Notes under the pieces: generated by a model
The model's input: only the letters and a program-made list of their open reading frames with translations
What the model was told of the DNA's origin: nothing
Database searches by the model: none
In this document: piece after piece, positions 19,048 to 24,786 of the stretch
How positions within the stretch are numbered: the stretch's first letter is position 1
How the letters are laid out: every line of letters begins with the position of its first letter
DNA from: Deltaproteobacteria bacterium TL4
GTDB taxonomy: Bacteria; SAR324; NAC60-12
DNA: 24,786 nt
Direction: 5' to 3'
Assembly: GCA_051382335.1 (NCBI GenBank)
Contig: JBBCAX010000192.1
Coordinates: 1 to 24,786, forward strand
Program-made: the position numbers and the translations under genes

Positions 19048-19246
19048 GGGCTCACGGATTTCAGAGATTGATGGGATTTTTTTATGACTTATGTTTTATC
19101 AGGCTCACGGATTTCACGGATTTAAAAGGATTTTTAAAAAAATATCTGTGTTATCTGTGAGCTATTTTTTCTATAATATTGGGACGTTATGGTTTTAGGG
19201 CTCACGGATTTAAACGGATTTTTAAATCGCTGTTTGGCTAGTGAGC
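19048..19246. repeat. Cluster of short REP-like repeats (GGCTCACGGATTT x3 with inverted GTGAGC partners)
   Basis: GCTCACGGATTT begins at 19050, 19103 and 19200. Inverted arms are ATCTGTGTTATCTGTGAGC (19144-19162) and GTGAGC (19241-19246). Region 19103-19162 can fold into an imperfect hairpin. Confidence 0.85.
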
Positions 19247-19275
19247 TTCTTTTTTAAGACCTTGAGGTTAGGACA

Positions 19276-20187
19276 TCATGCGGAGGGATTCTTTTCGGTG
19301 ATCCATTCTAATACCTCTTCCCAACTGTTCAAATCCAGGATGATTTCGCCTAAGTCTAGAAGTTCCGCTGAGGTTAAAGAACGAAGGTGTTGAGAGACTT
19401 CCTCTGATGAAATAGGGTATTTTCTAGCGATTATTCTCGATAAAAGTAAGCTTTTGCCTTCTTCTCGTCCTCTATCCAAGGCAGAACCTATTTTGCTTTC
19501 AACATCAGCCAAGGATTGCATTCGGACTTCATAGAGCTGACGTTCTTCCTCATCAAACATTCGATCCACTGCGCCGATAGCCTTGACTATACTTTGATCT
19601 GTCGCCAGTTCTTCAGGAATGTGGGATTTATCCAATTCATGAGCACGAGTCAGAAAGGTAGACCACCTGTCAAGAGTATTTGCTATTTCGTGATATTCTT
19701 TCCTGAATTTTCTTAATTCGATGTAATGCAATTCAAAAATATCATGCAGTTTGTCATCTTTGCCCGTGGTCGTGTTGGTAATTTTATAGAGATTATGAAA
19801 TGGCAACACAGCGGGAATGAAATTAAAGTCAAGGATGTTGATACTGATCGTCTTTTTCAGTTCCTTATACATCTTCCCTTCACTGAGTTGGTCGGTCACC
19901 AGCTTTGCCCAGTAATATATTGCTCGTTTGTCGAAATTATAGTCTTCGCCAATTTGCATTTCTACATTCAACCATCGCCCCGACTCATCACGTGCCTTGA
20001 TGTCAAGAATAGACATCTTTCCTGCACGATAATCCGCAAGATTGTACGGGTTTTTCAGTTCAAGTTCAGCAATCTGTTCGTCCTTCGAAACGATAGAATT
20101 GATCAAGGAGAACAATAAATCCTTGTTTTCCTCACTGCCAAACAGTTTCTTGAAAGCAAAATCAACGCGGGGATTGATTCGACACAT
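19276..20187 (-). CDS. Rpn family recombination-promoting nuclease/putative transposase (PD-(D/E)XK) with a DUF4351-like C-terminus
   Basis: 'DFAFKKLFG', 'SILDIKARD...NVEMQ', 'KRAIYYW', 'ELHYIELRKF' and 'GREEG', followed by a helical tail ending 'LDLNSWEEVLEW'. Confidence 0.9.
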   Translation of the reverse strand: MCRINPRVDFAFKKLFGSEENKDLLFSLINSIVSKDEQIAELELKNPYNLADYRAGKMSILDIKARDESGRWLNVEMQIGEDYNFDKRAIYYWAKLVTDQLSEGKMYKELKKTISINILDFNFIPAVLPFHNLYKITNTTTGKDDKLHDIFELHYIELRKFRKEYHEIANTLDRWSTFLTRAHELDKSHIPEELATDQSIVKAIGAVDRMFDEEERQLYEVRMQSLADVESKIGSALDRGREEGKSLLLSRIIARKYPISSEEVSQHLRSLTSAELLDLGEIILDLNSWEEVLEWITEKNPSA

Positions 20188-20206
20188 TCTTCCTCTAGAG
20201 TTAACT

Positions 20207-20288
20207 GGCTCACGGAATTATTTTTTTAGCTCACGGATTTAAAAGAATTTTTTAAAACTATCCGTGTCATCCCTGTCATCAGTGAGCT
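20207..20288. repeat. Second cluster of the same REP-like repeat family
   Basis: GCTCACGGAATT at 20208 and GCTCACGGATTT at 20229, with an inverted, 9-bp-periodic arm ATCCGTGTC-ATCCCTGTC-ATCAGTGAGCT at 20260-20288. Confidence 0.85.
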
Positions 20289-20296
20289 ATTTTAGG

Positions 20297-21859
20297 TCAT
20301 AATAATCCTTCAGACTTTATTTGTTCCCATTCAAAATTCACTACATTGCGTTCCTCTCGGCTAAACTCGACGCCAATGAGATAAATCTGTCGCTGAGGGA
20401 GGAAACGATATTTTTCAAAGTATCGTTTTGTTTTAATTTGTTCCAGGGCGTTGTGGAGTTGTTGATCCAGTTCAATGACTTTAAATTCAATAATAAAAAT
20501 GTTATCGCCCACCTGCACCGTTAAATCGATTCGCCCATGATTGGTGGAATCTTCAGCCCGGACCTCAACCCCCAAAGCACTAAAATAGCAATAAAAGATG
20601 GACGCATAATAGCCTTCATACGCATCCATTTTATTGTTGATATACCAATGATAGGGAATGGAGGCAAACAAAGCGTGAAAGGTCTGCTGCAGTTGCTCTA
20701 AATTTGCGGAAAACAAGGCGTCATATAAGGCGTTTTTATGGTTTTCTTTGGAAGAAATTTCATCTGTGAGATATTGCAGGATCACATCGGTCAAACTCAT
20801 TTTGACTTCCAGATTGGGATAAGACAGCGAAAATATCTCTCTGGCGCCCATTTTTTTGGTGGAGGAGATGGTCAAATACCCCGTTTGAAACAACAGTGTT
20901 TCCAACGGAATTCGATCCACATCAAAACTGCTCAACAAGGACTCCGTCGTTTTAATATTTTCCAACTCAGGGACAAAATACTTCCGTTCATGAATCAGTT
21001 TGATCAAAAATGAAGGTGCCCCGGTTTCAAACCAATAATTTTTAAAAATTTTTTCCTTGAGGTACAGCAGGATATCAAACGGGTTATAAACTGATTTTCC
21101 TAAAAAATTATAACCGTTGTACCACACCCGTAACTGTTCAAAATCCACCCCCTCCAAGCGTTCCTCAAAGGTATCCCGGAGTTCTGTCTCTGTATAACCG
21201 CAGATCGTGGCGTATTCCGAAATCAAAGTAATATCTTCCAGATTATTCAACCCGCTGAAAAGACTGACCTTGGAAAATTTGCTGACCCCCGTCAGGAACA
21301 CGAATTTGAGAAGGGCATCACAATCCTTGATCACCGAATACAGATTTTTCAAGCCCTCCCGGATTTCCATAGCGCGTTCGGGGTGGGTGATGTTGTCCAA
21401 AATGGGTTTATCGTATTCGTCAATCAAAATGACAACAGTCTGCTGAGACTGCTCATGTAGTTTCTGAATGAGTTCCTTGAATTGAAAATGAAGCGTTTCT
21501 TCCGTAACCGTCACTTGGTAAGTTCTGGCATTCTCTCGAATCAACGCATGGATGCTTTTATCCAGGAGTTCTCTGCTGTCAATTACCCCCCCGCCAAAAC
21601 TGATATGGATCACCGGATAACGGGTTTCCCACTCCCAGTGATTTTCCAGAAACAGCCCCTTGAAATATTGTTTTTTCCCCAGAAATGCTTGTTTGAGAGT
21701 ATCCAGGAACAAGCTTTTTCCAAACCGCCGGGGACGGGAAAGGAAATAATAGCGGCCGCTGTCCACCATCTGTTTCACAAACGGAGTTTTATCCACATAG
21801 TAACAGTGGTTAGCCACAATCGAAACCAGAGTTGAGGCACCAATGGGAAAATTTTTCAT
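20297..21859 (-). CDS. AAA-ATPase-like domain plus C-terminal PD-(D/E)XK nuclease (PDDEXK_9-type) protein
   Basis: 'FPIG...YYVDKT', Walker A 'SRPRRFGKSL', Walker B 'ILIDEYDKP', 'FLTGVSKF', 'WYNGY', 'YNPF', 'YWFETG', and nuclease motif 'GRIDL...IIEFK...ALEQI'. ATG 21859 preferred as start. Confidence 0.9.
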   Translation of the reverse strand: MKNFPIGASTLVSIVANHCYYVDKTPFVKQMVDSGRYYFLSRPRRFGKSLFLDTLKQAFLGKKQYFKGLFLENHWEWETRYPVIHISFGGGVIDSRELLDKSIHALIRENARTYQVTVTEETLHFQFKELIQKLHEQSQQTVVILIDEYDKPILDNITHPERAMEIREGLKNLYSVIKDCDALLKFVFLTGVSKFSKVSLFSGLNNLEDITLISEYATICGYTETELRDTFEERLEGVDFEQLRVWYNGYNFLGKSVYNPFDILLYLKEKIFKNYWFETGAPSFLIKLIHERKYFVPELENIKTTESLLSSFDVDRIPLETLLFQTGYLTISSTKKMGAREIFSLSYPNLEVKMSLTDVILQYLTDEISSKENHKNALYDALFSANLEQLQQTFHALFASIPYHWYINNKMDAYEGYYASIFYCYFSALGVEVRAEDSTNHGRIDLTVQVGDNIFIIEFKVIELDQQLHNALEQIKTKRYFEKYRFLPQRQIYLIGVEFSREERNVVNFEWEQIKSEGLL

Positions 21860-22427
21860 GTCAAGCGGGGTTGTTTCAGTTGTTAGGGAGACCTCAGCTA
21901 TTTGTGGGCTCACCACTTAAGCAGGACTGTAGTTTGTTTCGTTAACGGGAGAAATTTTTTTGGCACAGCTCCGCCGTTTGCGTTACATTCACCAGTGAGC
22001 AATAAAAGGAAATAAACGAGTAGCCCTGCAAGGCAAGGGCGCAATCTAGGACAATTAGAGATAGAAAGTCAAGCAAATTATCAGAGCCCATCGCTCAGCA
22101 ATAAGGGTTTTTATTTTGATGCCGCAACAGGCTTTCTTTTTTATTGAAATAAAATTCTATTTTACCTATGATGCTTTCTCTTGTCCACGAGAGCATTACT
22201 AAATTTAGTTCCCTACACACAGAAAATGAGTCCAGCAGAAAATAAAGCCTATTTGTTCAAACGCTTTTTCACGATTTCCCGGGGGGTTTTATGGGAATTA
22301 TTCATAAAAAAGGATGATTCTTACAAGGTTTTAACGGCAGCTACTGCACCGCAAAAAGCTGCGTTGATATCTTTCACCCAAATATTTTCCATTCTGAAAC
22401 CATATAACCATAAACCATGAGGCTGGG

Positions 22428-24786
22428 ATGAAACGACATTCTCACTTGATACTGGCAGGATTCCTTTTATTTTTTAATTCATATCCCCTGAAGGCGGCTG
22501 ATATAGAAGCGATACTCCATACTTCCGACGCAAGCAGCGCTTTGAACATCCAGAATTCTTCGAGCACCACGGTATTTAAAGTACGTGCTGATGGCGTATT
22601 GGAACTGAAAGGAATGACTCAAAGCGTTCGGGAAGGACTCGTTTCGGTGAATAAAGGAGATCTGGTTTACCAGACTGATGGGGATGTGGGGTTATATCAC
22701 TATGATGGAACCGGTTGGAAGGCCCTTTCGGATCAGACAATTCTTGCGGCGCAACTGACTTCTGACGCAAGGCAAACTTTGGTAATTGATCCGACTGTTA
22801 TCACAAATATTACACTCAATGAGCAACAGGGTGTTGTTTTAGTCGACACTTCCGCTGGCAGTTTATCGGTCAGTTTGCCTCCGTCCGCTATGACCAACCG
22901 AGGAAGAACTTATAGCGTCAAGTTAATAGCCGGTGCTAATCCGCTGACCTTGACTCCAGCCGTAGGACAATCCATTGATGGAGCAACCAATCAAATTCTG
23001 TCTCGTGTGAATGAAGCACTCACCCTGATTAGTGATGGAAGTGGTTGGCACATATTAGGACAGTTCCGTGTGGTTACGGGAAGCCAACTGGAAGTAAACG
23101 CAGTGACCAGTGATAAAATTACAGATGGCTCGGTAGGCACCGCAGATTTGGAAAACGCTTCGATAACCAATGTCAAACTTGAAAATGATGCTGTCTCCAG
23201 TGCCAAGATTTCTGACGGAACAATCGTGACCGCAGACCTTGCGGATAATAGTGTCGATTCGAGTAAAATAATTAATGACACCATTCTTGGCGCTGATATT
23301 TCCGCTAGTGCCGCGATTGCTTATACCAAGCTGAATCTCGTCAGTACCGTCAAAGGTTCGGACCTTGTGGACGGAACAGTGGACACCGCGGATCTTGCGA
23401 ATGATTCGGTGACGACCGGAAAAATCATTAACGGCACTATTTTGGCCGAAGACTTAGCCAGTAATTCGGTGACCACCGCAAAAATTACCGATGGCAATGT
23501 GACTGCGATCAAGCTGAGTGCCGACGCAAAGCAAACGTTGAAACTTGACGCAACTGTGAAAACCGGAAACTACAGTGCGACGGGAAGCGATGGAGTGATT
23601 TTAGCCAATACTTCCGGAGGCGCTTTGGTCATCGATTTGCCCACAGCCATAGGAAGCGCCGGACGAACCTATACGGTTAAGCTAACCCAAGGTGGCAATA
23701 CTCTAACCGTTGATCCTGCGGGCAGTGAAACGCTTGATGGTTCCGCAGTCAAAACACTGAGTCGAACGGGCGATGTGCTGAGTGTCATCAGTGACGGTAC
23801 CAATTGGTTGACCGTAAGCGCTCTGGCGGATAACGCCATCGTTTCTTCAATGATCAGCGATGGTACGATTGCGGCAAATGACTTGGCGGATAATACCGTT
23901 ACGACCAGCAAAATCCTTGATGGCACCCTTGCGGACACCGACATTTCTTCCAGTGCGGCCATTGCTCACAGCAAATTGGCGAGTGTGACCAGTGGTCAGA
24001 TTCTGGTAGGAAATGGCACCAATGTCGCCACCTCCGTAGCTTTGAGCGGTGATGCGACACTCGCGAATACCGGAGCTCTCACGATTGCCAATAATGCAAT
24101 CACCACGGGAAAAATCCTTGATGGAACCCTTGTCGCTGCTGATATGAGTACCGGAGCGGTCACCACGACCCAAATCCTTGAGGGAACCATTGCCACGAGT
24201 GATATTGGCGCTGGTGCTGTCACTACGACCGAAATCCTTGATGGCACGGTGGCTAACACTGATATTTCCGCTAGTGCCGCGATTGCCTATACCAAGCTGA
24301 ATCTTGCCAGTGCCGTCAAAGGTTCTGACCTGGTTGACGGAACAGTGGATACCGCAGATCTTGCGAATGATTCGGTGACGACCGGAAAAATCATTAACGG
24401 CACTATTTTGGCCGAAGACTTAGCCAGTAATTCGGTGACCACCGCAAAAATTACCGATGGCAATGTGACTGCGATCAAGCTGAGTGCCGACGCAAAGCAA
24501 ACGTTGAAACTTGACGCGACCGTAAAGACCGGCAACTACAGTGCGACCGGAAGCGATGGAGTGATTTTGGCCAACACTTCTGGAGGCGCTTTTGTCATCG
24601 ATTTACCCACAGCCATAGGAAGCGCCGGACGAACCTACACGGTTAAGCTGACCCAAGGCGGCAATACTCTAACCATTGATCCTGCGGGAAGTGAAACGCT
24701 TGATGGTTCCGCAGTCAAAACACTGAGTCGAACGGGAGATGTGCTGAGTGTCATCAGTGACGGTACCAATTGGCTGACCGTAAGTG
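22428..24786 (+). CDS. Large secreted repeat protein, fibre/adhesin-like (3'-partial, at least 786 aa)
   Basis: Translated by hand: GAGG RBS (22419-22422), then MKRHSHLILAGFLLFFNSYPLKA/ADIE (Sec-type signal peptide). The frame is open to the window end, with decapeptide repeats (e.g. LANDSVTTGK IINGTILAED LASNSVTTAK) and three copies of an ~85-aa domain ending ISDGxxW. Differences between the duplicated segments are mostly synonymous in this frame. Confidence 0.9.
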   Translation, partial: MKRHSHLILAGFLLFFNSYPLKAADIEAILHTSDASSALNIQNSSSTTVFKVRADGVLELKGMTQSVREGLVSVNKGDLVYQTDGDVGLYHYDGTGWKALSDQTILAAQLTSDARQTLVIDPTVITNITLNEQQGVVLVDTSAGSLSVSLPPSAMTNRGRTYSVKLIAGANPLTLTPAVGQSIDGATNQILSRVNEALTLISDGSGWHILGQFRVVTGSQLEVNAVTSDKITDGSVGTADLENASITNVKLENDAVSSAKISDGTIVTADLADNSVDSSKIINDTILGADISASAAIAYTKLNLVSTVKGSDLVDGTVDTADLANDSVTTGKIINGTILAEDLASNSVTTAKITDGNVTAIKLSADAKQTLKLDATVKTGNYSATGSDGVILANTSGGALVIDLPTAIGSAGRTYTVKLTQGGNTLTVDPAGSETLDGSAVKTLSRTGDVLSVISDGTNWLTVSALADNAIVSSMISDGTIAANDLADNTVTTSKILDGTLADTDISSSAAIAHSKLASVTSGQILVGNGTNVATSVALSGDATLANTGALTIANNAITTGKILDGTLVAADMSTGAVTTTQILEGTIATSDIGAGAVTTTEILDGTVANTDISASAAIAYTKLNLASAVKGSDLVDGTVDTADLANDSVTTGKIINGTILAEDLASNSVTTAKITDGNVTAIKLSADAKQTLKLDATVKTGNYSATGSDGVILANTSGGAFVIDLPTAIGSAGRTYTVKLTQGGNTLTIDPAGSETLDGSAVKTLSRTGDVLSVISDGTNWLTVS
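23293..24786 (+). repeat. Intragenic direct repeat: 23293-23820 vs 24259-24786 (offset 966 bp; second copy cut by the window edge)
   Basis: Hand alignment gives about 28 mismatches in 528 bp with no indels. Region 23391-23551 is identical to 24357-24517. Confidence 0.95.

Noticed and set aside
19048..20288. CRISPR array interpretation of the GCTCACGGATTT repeats
   Set aside because: The repeats are only about 12 bp, irregularly spaced, present in both orientations and split by a gene, and no cas genes are in the window.
21961..21981. Sigma-54 promoter (TGGCAC...TTGC) upstream of the fibre gene
   Set aside because: The GG-to-GC spacing does not match the required 10 nt.
22181..22420. 79-aa plus-strand ORF before the fibre gene
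   Set aside because: It has a TTG start, no clear RBS and no recognisable motif; it is more likely the AT-rich promoter/leader region.
22576..24535. Short minus-strand ORFs from the track (e.g. 22991-23284, 23321-23512, 24287-24535)
   Set aside because: They are antisense shadows of the long repetitive plus-strand CDS.
23293..24786. Diversity-generating retroelement TR/VR pair
   Set aside because: Mismatches are mostly synonymous third-position changes and not adenine-specific, both copies are in the same ORF, and no reverse transcriptase is present.

Overview
Bacterial DNA of moderate GC with three parts. (1) Positions 149-19041 hold a tightly packed minus-strand cluster for nonulosonic (pseudaminic-acid-type) sugar biosynthesis: gmd, pseB, an RmlD-like reductase fused to pseC, pseI, pseF/spsF and pseG. 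No PseH-type acetyltransferase is visible. Instead the cluster carries many tailoring enzymes: aldo/keto reductase, class III and class I aminotransferases, an RraA/HMG aldolase, an ATP-grasp ligase, an amidohydrolase, two methyltransferases, a DmpG-like aldolase with a long C-terminal extension, and a PhyH-type dioxygenase. One methyltransferase is AT-rich and broken by two frameshifts, one of them at a G9/C9 tract. An AlbA_2 (Schlafen-like)/HATPase gene sits inside the operon. (2) Positions 19042-21859 hold an Rpn/PD-(D/E)XK nuclease gene flanked on both sides by short hairpin-forming repeats with 9-bp periodicity (GCTCACGGATTT...GTGAGC), followed by an AAA-ATPase-like/PD-(D/E)XK gene. (3) From 22428 to the window end is a divergent plus-strand ORF that is missing from the supplied track because its stop lies outside the window. 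It encodes a signal-peptide-bearing, Ser/Thr-rich, fibre/adhesin-like protein with decapeptide repeats and an internal duplication at 966-bp offset. All family calls come from motif recognition by eye; no searches were run.
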